A stretch of DNA of 64,000 nt from an uncultured Candidatus Saccharibacteria bacterium. GTDB taxonomy: Bacteria > Patescibacteriota > Minisyncoccia > Phycocordibacterales > UBA12088. Within the stretch, counting starts at the first letter, position 1, and each line of letters begins with the position of its first letter. The stretch lies in contig CAZLUD010000001.1 in NCBI GenBank assembly GCA_964562615.1, forward strand, positions 327,628 to 391,627, in the 5' to 3' direction. Made by a program: the position numbers and the translations under genes. The notes beneath the pieces are model-generated. The model made no database searches. It was given only the letters and a program-made list of their open reading frames with translations, and was not told the origin of the DNA. This document shows positions 7,585 through 15,042 of this stretch, piece after piece.

Positions 7585-8415
7585 CTATATCCCTAAAAAC
7601 GCCTCTACACCCTTTAGTACCCGTGGTACAAGCAGAGAGCTTACCCCATAGTGACCCCCCTTTTTGTGCGTCACCATGCGTATTCCCATTTCTTTAGCAA
7701 ACTCCTTTACTGGCGCACTTAGTACTACGGTATCATCATCAGCATGAAAGATACACACCTTTTCACTCACAATGAGATTGGTACTGTGTACTGGGTTGTA
7801 AAGGGTACCCTTTTTTAGTTTCTCTACTACATTCTTTGTCCATCTATACCCATTACCAAATGCGTGTACCGCATACGCGTGCATTGCCTCAAATGGTTTG
7901 CTATTTGAGGGATGTGACCAATCTACTACTGGTGATAGTGCTATTACCTTTTCAACTAATGGATGGTGCGATGCCATAAGCACGGCAGGCCCACCAAAAC
8001 TTGCTCCCACAAGATGTATAGAGGCAATTGGGATACGTGTCATTTGCTTACTCCACGAATCCTCAAAACCTTGCTCGATACCAGCAATAACATCAAGCAC
8101 GTCGTGGTGGTGCGACTTCGCAAGAAACACTCCTCCGCTTTCCCAGCATCCTCTGTATCGTGGCTGAAACGCCCAATATCCCTTGTTCGAAAAATATTCG
8201 AGCAGCTCTGGTGCGCCAGGAGTGCTTGGTGCGCCCTTCATTATGATGACCACCTTTCGTGGTGATTGCTTTGGTGGAGTCGCCTTTTTTCCTTGTGCAA
8301 CTGCTTTCATATACGCATACACATCCTTTGGGGGTAGGTATTCTGAGACTATGTCGTGTGAGAAGCGGGTGCGAAACATATTATATCCACTTGTTCCTCG
8401 CAAAAAGAAATCCAA
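7585..8415 (-). CDS. Alpha/beta hydrolase fold protein (GxSxG nucleophile elbow HLVGASFGG).
   Basis: GASFG serine motif; C-terminal His in HADDD context; 276 aa. Confidence 0.5.
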   Translation of the reverse strand: MDFFLRGTSGYNMFRTRFSHDIVSEYLPPKDVYAYMKAVAQGKKATPPKQSPRKVVIIMKGAPSTPGAPELLEYFSNKGYWAFQPRYRGCWESGGVFLAKSHHHDVLDVIAGIEQGFEDSWSKQMTRIPIASIHLVGASFGGPAVLMASHHPLVEKVIALSPVVDWSHPSNSKPFEAMHAYAVHAFGNGYRWTKNVVEKLKKGTLYNPVHSTNLIVSEKVCIFHADDDTVVLSAPVKEFAKEMGIRMVTHKKGGHYGVSSLLVPRVLKGVEAFLGI

Positions 8416-9316
8416 TCACCCCTGCAGATATCATAATAATGGCGATTACCGCCCAAAATGCAAGCGGGTGATCTCGTAATGGCAATGGAACATTCATACC
8501 AAAAAGAGATGACACAATAGTTGGTATGGTAAGCAGGATGGTAAGCGCGGTTAGCGTGCGTACAGTTGTGTTTAATTTAGTAGACATGACTGTCATGTAC
8601 GCGTTTTTAATATTTTGGATTGATTTAAGAAGCGCCTTACCGTTTTCAACTAACTGACTATTGGCAAGCAACATGTCTTCCATTATTTCTTCGTCTTCTT
8701 TAAATAAAGGAAGATGCTTCCCTGCCCTTAATCGTATAAGCGCAATATTGGTAGGAACAAGTGAGCTGATGTAATCGTTTACGGTGTTTTCGTACTTAAC
8801 AAATTGTTCAAGATCCTTGTCGGTAATTTTATCAAGCGGCACCCTACTCTCTCGCACCTCTTTTCTGATGGTAATAAAGGATCGGGTATACTCTGCAGTT
8901 ATCGCGTGCATCACGCTTATAAAAAACTTTGCTTTCTGCGTGGTATACAACTCTATCTTTCTTGTGCCAGCACTAAAGAATAGTTTAAAGAAGGGAGGCT
9001 TTCCAAATGAAGCAGTAAGGACAAAGTCCTCCCCTACCGCAAGAAGAATTGGCTTAGTTATAACTTCACCAGACTTTTCATCTACAGTTGGATATCGAGT
9101 GAAAAGATACGAGACGCTGCCGTGATGCTCGAATCGAGGTACTTCAAAAAAGTCATTGGCATCTTCAAGAAGACCTCTATCTAAGCCGTGCTTATCAACT
9201 AGTTCAGCTATCTCTTTCTCGGTGAGAGTTTCAACATAAATCCACATCCCCACCCGTGGGGTGCTGATTTCTTTTATTTCTTTATCTTTAAGAGTGCGAA
9301 AATAATATGCCAACAT
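8381..9316 (-). CDS. corA: CorA-family magnesium/cobalt transporter.
   Basis: GMN signature (LFGMNVPLP) between two C-terminal transmembrane helices. 311 aa. Confidence 0.8.
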   Translation of the reverse strand: MLAYYFRTLKDKEIKEISTPRVGMWIYVETLTEKEIAELVDKHGLDRGLLEDANDFFEVPRFEHHGSVSYLFTRYPTVDEKSGEVITKPILLAVGEDFVLTASFGKPPFFKLFFSAGTRKIELYTTQKAKFFISVMHAITAEYTRSFITIRKEVRESRVPLDKITDKDLEQFVKYENTVNDYISSLVPTNIALIRLRAGKHLPLFKEDEEIMEDMLLANSQLVENGKALLKSIQNIKNAYMTVMSTKLNTTVRTLTALTILLTIPTIVSSLFGMNVPLPLRDHPLAFWAVIAIIMISAGVIGFLFARNKWI

Positions 9317-9343
9317 ATCGCTGTATGAAGTATCCGTACACCA

Positions 9344-9835
9344 CTATGGTATAAGTACGGCACGAGGGTTTATAAGGTGTACATGAAAATGATCAGGGAT
9401 AGATTTAAATTTTTTTGTCGCTTCGATTACATACTGATAGGTATCAGCAATGTGTGTATGTTTAATCTCAATCAATTCCTCCTTCTCTTCTTGGGTTAGC
9501 CCTCGTTCGTCTATGTGACGAATTGGAATAAGCATGTGGTGTACTTCAGCAATCTTTCCGTACGGGAAGGCATTGATAACTATCCGCCAATGAATAAATG
9601 TGTGAATCGCTGGTTCATCACTACAAAGCGGACATCCAGCATCTACTAGTAGCGACTTACGACGAGCTCTATATGCTTCTTCTACCTCGGGTAGTCTCAG
9701 TGATACTGGTGTATACGACATAGTCTGAGTATACATCAATGTTGGTAGTAGATAAAAATAGTGGTCTTGTAACGCTTTTATATCAAACAACACTCGATTC
9801 GGGGCGCCCTTGGCCAAAATATTATCGTGCCACAA
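9344..9835 (-). CDS. HIT (histidine triad) family hydrolase. The annotated N-terminus (MWHDNILAKGAPNRV) is encoded by a repeat unit, so the true start is probably an internal Met.
   Basis: HFHVHLI histidine-triad motif; CPLC zinc-type motif. The first ~15 codons lie in repeat R2, which is duplicated at 10048-10080. Confidence 0.55.
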   Translation of the reverse strand: MWHDNILAKGAPNRVLFDIKALQDHYFYLLPTLMYTQTMSYTPVSLRLPEVEEAYRARRKSLLVDAGCPLCSDEPAIHTFIHWRIVINAFPYGKIAEVHHMLIPIRHIDERGLTQEEKEELIEIKHTHIADTYQYVIEATKKFKSIPDHFHVHLINPRAVLIP

Positions 9836-10126
9836 GGGTACTTCAAGAAATATAGTCGCGTTGCTCCTTATTTCTTTGGTCGCTCGAAGCGTTGCTTCTC
9901 TCTCTGTATTTTGTCGGGGCGCCGAGAAGGGGTCAGCTCACTAAGTACATTGAGTCGCAAACTCCTCAATGTACTAAGTGGCTCCTCCCCGGCCTCGCAG
10001 CCCCATTTCTCACGTTGTTCGAAATGGGGACCCGCTGCTCCGGCTTTCGATTCTCGGCGCCCTTGGCCAAAATAGTATCGCTCGAAGCGTTGCTTCTCTC
10101 TCTGTATTTTGTCGGGGCGCCGAGAA
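9795..10126. repeat. tRNA-Pro-linked composite repeat. A 46-bp direct repeat (9883-9928 and 10081-10126) contains the tRNA-Pro 3' end plus 30 nt of trailer. A ~33-bp direct repeat sits at 9795-9826 and 10048-10080. An inverted copy of the tRNA T-arm/acceptor (TTTCGATTCTCGGCGCCC, 10045-10062) faces the direct copy (GGGGCGCCGAGAA, 9915-9928) across a 120-nt hairpin-rich core. The segment 9827-9882 is an inverted copy of 10915-10975.
   Basis: Aligned by eye. Core hairpins: ACTAAGTACATTGAG/CTCAATGTACTAAGT and CCCCATTTC/GAAATGGGG. Confidence 0.6.
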
Positions 10127-10182
10127 TCGAACTCGGGCTACACGGTCCCAAACCGTGCGTACTACCTCTATACGACGCCCCG
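10112..10182 (-). tRNA. tRNA-Pro (anticodon TGG).
   Basis: Minus-strand cloverleaf: acceptor CGGGGCG/CGCCCCG, anticodon stem CACGG/CCGTG with loop TTTGGGA, T-arm CCGAG-TTCGATT-CTCGG. 71 nt; no CCA encoded. Confidence 0.8.
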
Positions 10183-10253
10183 CGAGACAAAACAATATGA
10201 CTCGTTAAGATAACGTACCACAAAATAAGAATAAAATGAAGCGTATAGCGCTC

Positions 10254-10742
10254 CTAGAAAGAGACATTCTCAAAGAATTCACACTTTGCTAGTTTTTTAT
10301 CTTCATCTATATAGACCGTAACAAGATCAACCTGCCACTCCCCCACCTCACGCTCTTCCAGATACATTTCTATGGTGCTAAGTAATTTTGCCAGCTTGTG
10401 GCGAGTCATGTTTTCTTCAGGTCGTATACCCGGTACTGACTGGACATACAATCCATTAGACTCGGCAATAGTACATACAGCACTCTTTACTTCTATAAAA
10501 TGAGTTACTCCCCCGCTCATGGTTACAACATCTATCTCTCCATGATTAGTACGAATATTTCTATCCACCACATCGTGACCTCTATCTAAAAGCCACTTCA
10601 CGGCCAAATCCTCACCTAATTTTCCTGTCTTTTGAGCGGTAGTTGTACCATAGTTCCACATATTCATAGTATAAGCCATATTCTGGTATTTTGGTAGAAA
10701 AAGTCCCTTTATAAGAGACCAAAAAAGTCGTCCTTTATACAC
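10254..10742 (-). CDS. YraN/UPF0102 family endonuclease-like protein (restriction-endonuclease-like fold).
   Basis: Pattern GEDLAVKWL...GHDVVDRNIRTNHGEIDVV...THFIEVKS resembles the YraN consensus (GE..A..YL...G...L.RN.R...GEIDLI....FVEVK.R). The start is probably an internal Met. Confidence 0.5.
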   Translation of the reverse strand: MYKGRLFWSLIKGLFLPKYQNMAYTMNMWNYGTTTAQKTGKLGEDLAVKWLLDRGHDVVDRNIRTNHGEIDVVTMSGGVTHFIEVKSAVCTIAESNGLYVQSVPGIRPEENMTRHKLAKLLSTIEMYLEEREVGEWQVDLVTVYIDEDKKLAKCEFFENVSF

Positions 10743-10879
10743 TAATCCCCAGAGTTATCCACAGTTTTGACCTATTCTGTGTATTTCTTTTAGGCTGTTT
10801 CGGCACGAATTATACCGAGGATAGGCGCAATAATAGGATGAAAGAATAAAGCAAAATATATCCCTAATGCTCCCGCTCT

Positions 10880-11175
10880 CTCCTCTTATTTAGTGTGCGA
10901 CCTAATTTTGTTGAGCGACCAAAGAAATAAGGAGCAAAGCGACTATATTTCTTGAAGTACCCCTTGTGGCACGTAGCGATTACAAAATGGAAGTACTCTC
11001 TGTGGTGCGACCTAATTTTTACGACCGTAGGGAGATAAAAATGGAAGTACTCTTTGTGGTGCGACCTAATTTTGTTGAGCGACCAAAGAAATAAGGAGCA
11101 AAGCGACTATATTTCTTGAAGTACCCCTTGTGGCACGTAGCGATTACAAAATGGAAGTACTCTTTGTGGTGCGGG
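10880..11175. repeat. Tandem array of two ~115-bp units (approx. 10893-11009 and 11056-11172) separated by a truncated 54-bp unit. Each unit ends with the motif AAAATGGAAGTACTCT(C/T)TGTGGTGCG. The array begins with a duplicate of the tRNA-Gly(GCC) trailer (CTCCTCTTATTTAGTGTGCG).
   Basis: Direct repeats aligned by eye. This is not CRISPR-like: the units are long and the spacer is itself repeat-derived. Confidence 0.7.
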
Positions 11176-11309
11176 TAGGGAGAATCGACCCGCTTTTGCT
11201 AAGCTCGCAATGCTCGCTAAGCACGCTGGTCGCGCCTCGCCGACAATTTTACTTCGCTTTGCTACGTAAAATCGTAGACCGGCTCCGGCGTTCGATTCTC
11301 CCTACCCGC
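11169..11309. repeat. tRNA-Gly(GCC)-linked palindromic element. Perfect 18-19 bp terminal inverted repeats (GTGCGGGTAGGGAGAATCGA ... TTCGATTCTCCCTACCCGC) are copies of the T-arm/acceptor 3' strand of the adjacent tRNA-Gly, and they flank a ~100 nt core. In tRNA sense, the distal arm reads ...CCCGCACCA, ending in a CCA that the genomic tRNA lacks.
   Basis: Seen directly. The core is homologous to the Lys-linked element at 61377-61526 (shared blocks GCTAAGCAC, TCGCCGACAATTTT, CGTAAAATCGTAGACC, GCTCCGGCGTTCGA). Confidence 0.7.
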
Positions 11310-11354
11310 CTAAAATATATCGTCAAAGCTCCGCTTTCTCCTCTTATTTTAGTG

Positions 11355-11425
11355 TGCGGGTAGGGAGAATCGAACTCCCGTCTGCTCCATGGCAAGGAGC
11401 CGTCATACCACTAAACTATACCCGC
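11355..11425 (-). tRNA. tRNA-Gly (anticodon GCC).
   Basis: Minus-strand cloverleaf: acceptor GCGGGTA/TACCCGC, anticodon stem GCTCC/GGAGC with loop TTGCCAT, T-arm GGGAG-TTCGATT-CTCCC. 71 nt; no CCA encoded. Confidence 0.8.
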
Positions 11426-11491
11426 AGTTGAGGTGACATACGCCCCTCAATTGCTCAAAACAATACCACTTATCCCCTCCCCTCTCAAGTT

Positions 11492-11701
11492 TTAATGAAC
11501 GTCCTGCTTTAGCTCCTTTAACGAAAGATCATTAAAGTAAAGGTATGCAAGCGCAACAACTCCAGGAAGGATGTCTCCCAAAAATGAATTGCCAAAAAAG
11601 TAGTCAGCGCCGTGCCATATCGCTCTCCAAATAAGTGCCAAACACACTACCACAAGGACCGAGTTAATTACCCCATGACGCTTTATAAAGTCTTGAAACA
11701 T
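11492..11701 (-). CDS. Hypothetical small membrane protein (69 aa, two hydrophobic segments).
   Basis: ORF only; it overlaps the tRNA-Arg trailer region. Confidence 0.25.
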   Translation of the reverse strand: MFQDFIKRHGVINSVLVVVCLALIWRAIWHGADYFFGNSFLGDILPGVVALAYLYFNDLSLKELKQDVH

Positions 11702-11764
11702 GATACTGCGCAGTTAGCTATAGAATTAAATCCCCTATTATTCGCTTTCCACTCCTTTGTTTTG

Positions 11765-11836
11765 TGCGCCCGCCAGGACTCGAACCCAGAATAACTGATC
11801 CGAAGTCAGTTGTGATATCCATTTCACCACGGGCGC
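11765..11836 (-). tRNA. tRNA-Arg (anticodon TCG).
   Basis: Minus-strand cloverleaf: acceptor GCGCCCG/CGGGCGC, D-arm GTGA-AATGGAT-ATCAC, anticodon stem ACTGA/TCAGT with loop CTTCGGA, T-loop TTCGAGT. 72 nt. The trailer CACAAAACAAAGGAG resembles the other tRNA trailers. Confidence 0.7.
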
Positions 11837-11896
11837 ATATGCGGAATAATAGCCTAGTATAGAGAAAATACAAAGTCTGGAGTACACTATACCTAC

Positions 11897-13369
11897 ATGG
11901 AGATCACACTACCATACATACCAAATGAAGTGTTACGTGTTACAGAAACACTAGAAAAAGCTGGTTTTGAAGCATATTTAGTTGGTGGTTGCGTTCGTGA
12001 TCTTCTCCTTGGAAGAGCCCCAAAGGATTGGGATATAACCACCAACGCGGTGCCGAGCGAAATCCAATCACTATTTGAAGAAACCTATTACAACAATGAC
12101 TTTGGAACTGTCGGGGTTGTCACCACAAGTGAGCGTGCTTCCCTAAAGGTCATTGAGATAACTCCGTATAGGACAGAAGGTACATATACTGATGCGAGGC
12201 GCCCTGATAGCGTGTCCTTTAGCAAAAAACTATCTGACGACCTTGAAAGGCGTGATTTTAGTATCAATGCAATGGCGTTTCGTGTTTCATCCGAAACACT
12301 TGTTGATATGTTTAATGGTAAGGAAGACCTGAAAAAGGGCCTTATCAGAGCTGTTGGTGATGCAAATAAAAGGTTTTCTGAGGACGCCCTACGCATTTTA
12401 CGTGCTGTTCGCCTTTCTGCTGAACTTGGATTTGTTATTGAAGCAGATACCCTATCCGCAATAGTTACATGTGTAACGCAGCTTGAGAAAATTTCTAAAG
12501 AAAGAATAAGGGATGAATTTTCAAGAATTATGCTTTCAGATAGACCAGCCGAGGCACTGTTTCTCATGAAACAAGTCAAAATGCTTCAGTTTGTGATCCC
12601 TGACATTATGAGATCAATTAATGTTGAGCAGAATAAATCGCACAAATACAACGTATTTGAACACTTGGTGCGCAGCGCACAGCACGCCGCGGACAAAAAT
12701 CTTCCTCTTGATATGAGGTTGGCGGCTCTATTCCATGATATTTCAAAGCCTGAAAGCAGAAGGTTTTCACAGGAAACACATGACTATACGTTCTACGGAC
12801 ATGAAGTAATCGGTGCAAGAGTAACAAAAAGAGCTCTACAAAGCCTTAAATACCCAAACGAACTAGTTGAAAGGGTGTCACTACTGGTCAGGTGGCATAT
12901 GTTTTTTTCTGACCCAGACGAAATTACCCTCTCTGCTGTAAGGAGAATGATCAGTAATGTGGGCAAAGATAATATATGGGACCTACTCGAGCTTAGAATA
13001 TGCGACAGAATTGGTAGTGGTAGACCGAAAGAACAGCCGTTTAGGTTTAGAAAGTATAAGGCAATGGTAGAAGAAGCACTTCGCGACCCGGTGAGTGTTG
13101 GTATGTTAAAGGTTGACGGTGCAAAAATAATGGAAACATTTCATGAGAAACCAGGACCGAGAATTGGATGGACACTGCACGCACTACTTGAAGAAGTTAT
13201 AGAGGATCCTACAAAAAACACAGAGATATTGCTTCTAAAGCGTGCAAAAGAGCTTCTTGAGCTACCAGACCAAGAACTTGAAGTACTAGGAAGAAAAGGG
13301 AAAGAAAAGCGTGATGAGGTTGACGATGCAGAGATAGCTCAGATACAAAAAAAGTACGGTGTACAATAG
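11897..13369 (+). CDS. cca: CCA-adding tRNA nucleotidyltransferase/poly(A) polymerase family enzyme with an HD domain and a Lys/Glu-rich C-terminal tail.
   Basis: Head-domain motif LVGGCVRDLLLGR...DWDI; an HD region (FHDISKPE...H) follows. Confidence 0.75.
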   Translation: MEITLPYIPNEVLRVTETLEKAGFEAYLVGGCVRDLLLGRAPKDWDITTNAVPSEIQSLFEETYYNNDFGTVGVVTTSERASLKVIEITPYRTEGTYTDARRPDSVSFSKKLSDDLERRDFSINAMAFRVSSETLVDMFNGKEDLKKGLIRAVGDANKRFSEDALRILRAVRLSAELGFVIEADTLSAIVTCVTQLEKISKERIRDEFSRIMLSDRPAEALFLMKQVKMLQFVIPDIMRSINVEQNKSHKYNVFEHLVRSAQHAADKNLPLDMRLAALFHDISKPESRRFSQETHDYTFYGHEVIGARVTKRALQSLKYPNELVERVSLLVRWHMFFSDPDEITLSAVRRMISNVGKDNIWDLLELRICDRIGSGRPKEQPFRFRKYKAMVEEALRDPVSVGMLKVDGAKIMETFHEKPGPRIGWTLHALLEEVIEDPTKNTEILLLKRAKELLELPDQELEVLGRKGKEKRDEVDDAEIAQIQKKYGVQ

Positions 13370-13408
13370 TGGCTTAACAAAGCCGTTATTCAAAATAATC
13401 GCAGTTTC

Positions 13409-13612
13409 ATGGGAAACGAAAAATGCCCCGTTGGCATTGTGGAGAAAGCCGACGAGGCATTGACGATCCGCAAATCGCGGAAAGAACTAAAACTGCTTAA
13501 GAACAATTATCTATTCTGGGGTGATGTCACTTTATACAAAATTTTATTGTCTATGAGTGAGGACAAACACATTCCAGGGCAACGCCAAGATTATTATTCT
13601 CAAGAACCTTAA
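13409..13612 (+). CDS. Hypothetical 67-aa ORF.
   Basis: ORF only. Confidence 0.15.
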   Translation: MGNEKCPVGIVEKADEALTIRKSRKELKLLKNNYLFWGDVTLYKILLSMSEDKHIPGQRQDYYSQEP

Positions 13613-13699
13613 GAACAGAAAGAACTAAGCTACGATCTCAAGGAGAAGCGAGACCGTATTTGGCACACACCATATTTATTGATCTACTAGTAGTATCTG

Positions 13700-13760
13700 T
13701 CCTTTATGCAATCATGTAAAGGACAAGGGTGTGGATAACTTGTCCTTTATAAAACAGTGC
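13700..13760. terminator. Overlapping alternative hairpins (TGTCCTTTA-tgcaatcatg-TAAAGGACA and AAAGGACAAG...TTGTCCTTT) between the convergent genes 13409-13612(+) and xth(-).
   Basis: Seen directly. Confidence 0.4.
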
Positions 13761-14523
13761 CTAGAGTGAGGGTAATAGGGCAGTGGTCAGAACCTAGTAT
13801 ATCGCTTTGTATAGTCGCATTTTTAAGATGAGGAAGAAGCTCTGTTGATATAAAAAAGTAGTCAATACGCCACCCAACATTTCTATTTCTTGCAAATGTT
13901 TTCATATCCCAGTACGTATATGCATCTTTTTTGTTTGGGTTGAGATGCCGGTAGGTATCTATAAATCCGGCACCGATAAGCTCATCAACCCACGCTCGCT
14001 CTACCGGAAGAAATCCGACATGGGTTTCATTTTCTTTTGGTCTTGCTATGTCTATTTCTTCGTGAGCAACATTTACATCGCCCATGATTATCACCTGCAT
14101 GCCTTTCTTTTTTAGTGATTGTACGTAGGAGAGAAATGCGTCATAAAATGCAAGCTTGTATACAAGACGCTCTGGCGCGCCACCACCGTTAGGGAAGTAG
14201 ACGTTGCAAATTACGGTGGTGCCAAAAAACGCAATAATTACGCGCCCTTCTTGATCATTTGTCCCAAAATCATATAACACTGAGTCGGGCTCCTTTTTGG
14301 TATAAAGCGCGACACCGCTATATCCTTTTTTTGTTTTGGATGAATTAAAATACGCGTGGTATCCCTTCATTGCCCGAACATCTTCAGGTAATTGATCTAC
14401 TTCGGCTTTTGTCTCCTGTATACCAATAACATCCGCGTCAAAACAACTAATTAAAAAGGTGTTCCAATGACCCTGCTTGTGTGTTGCTCGTATACCATTA
14501 GTGTTCCAAGAAACCAGTTTCAT
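13747..14523 (-). CDS. xth: Exodeoxyribonuclease III (AP endonuclease, Xth/ExoIII family).
   Basis: N-terminus MKLVSWNTNGIRA. EEP-fold motifs: IGIQETK, GDVNVAHEEIDIA, SDHCPI at the C-terminus. Confidence 0.85.
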   Translation of the reverse strand: MKLVSWNTNGIRATHKQGHWNTFLISCFDADVIGIQETKAEVDQLPEDVRAMKGYHAYFNSSKTKKGYSGVALYTKKEPDSVLYDFGTNDQEGRVIIAFFGTTVICNVYFPNGGGAPERLVYKLAFYDAFLSYVQSLKKKGMQVIIMGDVNVAHEEIDIARPKENETHVGFLPVERAWVDELIGAGFIDTYRHLNPNKKDAYTYWDMKTFARNRNVGWRIDYFFISTELLPHLKNATIQSDILGSDHCPITLTLGTVL

Positions 14524-14605
14524 TTAGATATCGTAGCATGCAAATGATGTCTGTGTATCTAGCACAGAATTACGTTGTTATATGTACTGAACCGTAACAA
14601 AAGGA

Positions 14606-15010
14606 ATGACAATGGGTACAGAACACAACAACACAGGGGATGCCACTCTTGTAACAACCAACAGAGTTACAAGAGCTAGGTCGTTTTATGAAGGCATGTG
14701 GTGGTTATATATTGGCGGTACTGAGAATGCCATCAAGGTAATACACGACATGAATTATTCCCAAAAGATACTATTCCTTAGCTGGATACGGGGGCAGGTA
14801 ATCTTAGGGTGGCAGGTGTTTATCGAGCATCTCCAGTGCCACAGGGCGTTACCCTTTAACAATGCACCAAAAAAGAGGCCGTATTCACTCATTGGTGACG
14901 CATCAGGCAGAGCGCTGTTTGATTTTATGGTCACCCTAGAGAGGCAGCTTGTGCAAGTAAATGTAAGCGCAGCTGAGCTCCTTGAGCAAAAGTACAAAGA
15001 TAGATATTGA
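14606..15010 (+). CDS. Hypothetical protein (134 aa).
   Basis: ORF only. Confidence 0.3.
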   Translation: MTMGTEHNNTGDATLVTTNRVTRARSFYEGMWWLYIGGTENAIKVIHDMNYSQKILFLSWIRGQVILGWQVFIEHLQCHRALPFNNAPKKRPYSLIGDASGRALFDFMVTLERQLVQVNVSAAELLEQKYKDRY

Positions 15011-15042
15011 GAGGTGTGTGCCTAGGTTACACCTGGCACACA

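Noticed and set aside
9827-10223. Overlapping ORFs 9827-10075, 9892-10200, 9966-10223 and 10010-10195 across the Pro-locus repeats.
   Set aside because: Their similar peptides (LSLYFVGAPR...) are just the repeat translated. They overlap tRNA-Pro, so they are not genes.
10880-11175. Possible CRISPR array (regularly spaced direct repeats).
   Set aside because: Only two full ~115-bp units and one truncated unit. Units are far longer than CRISPR repeats. The 'spacer' is itself repeat-derived. There are no cas genes. The units end in tRNA-3'-end-like sequence.
11169-11309. Interpretation as a second, intron-containing tRNA gene.
   Set aside because: The 5' arm is the exact reverse complement of the 3' arm across the T-loop. 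That would give a single long helix, not a cloverleaf, and there are no D or anticodon arms.
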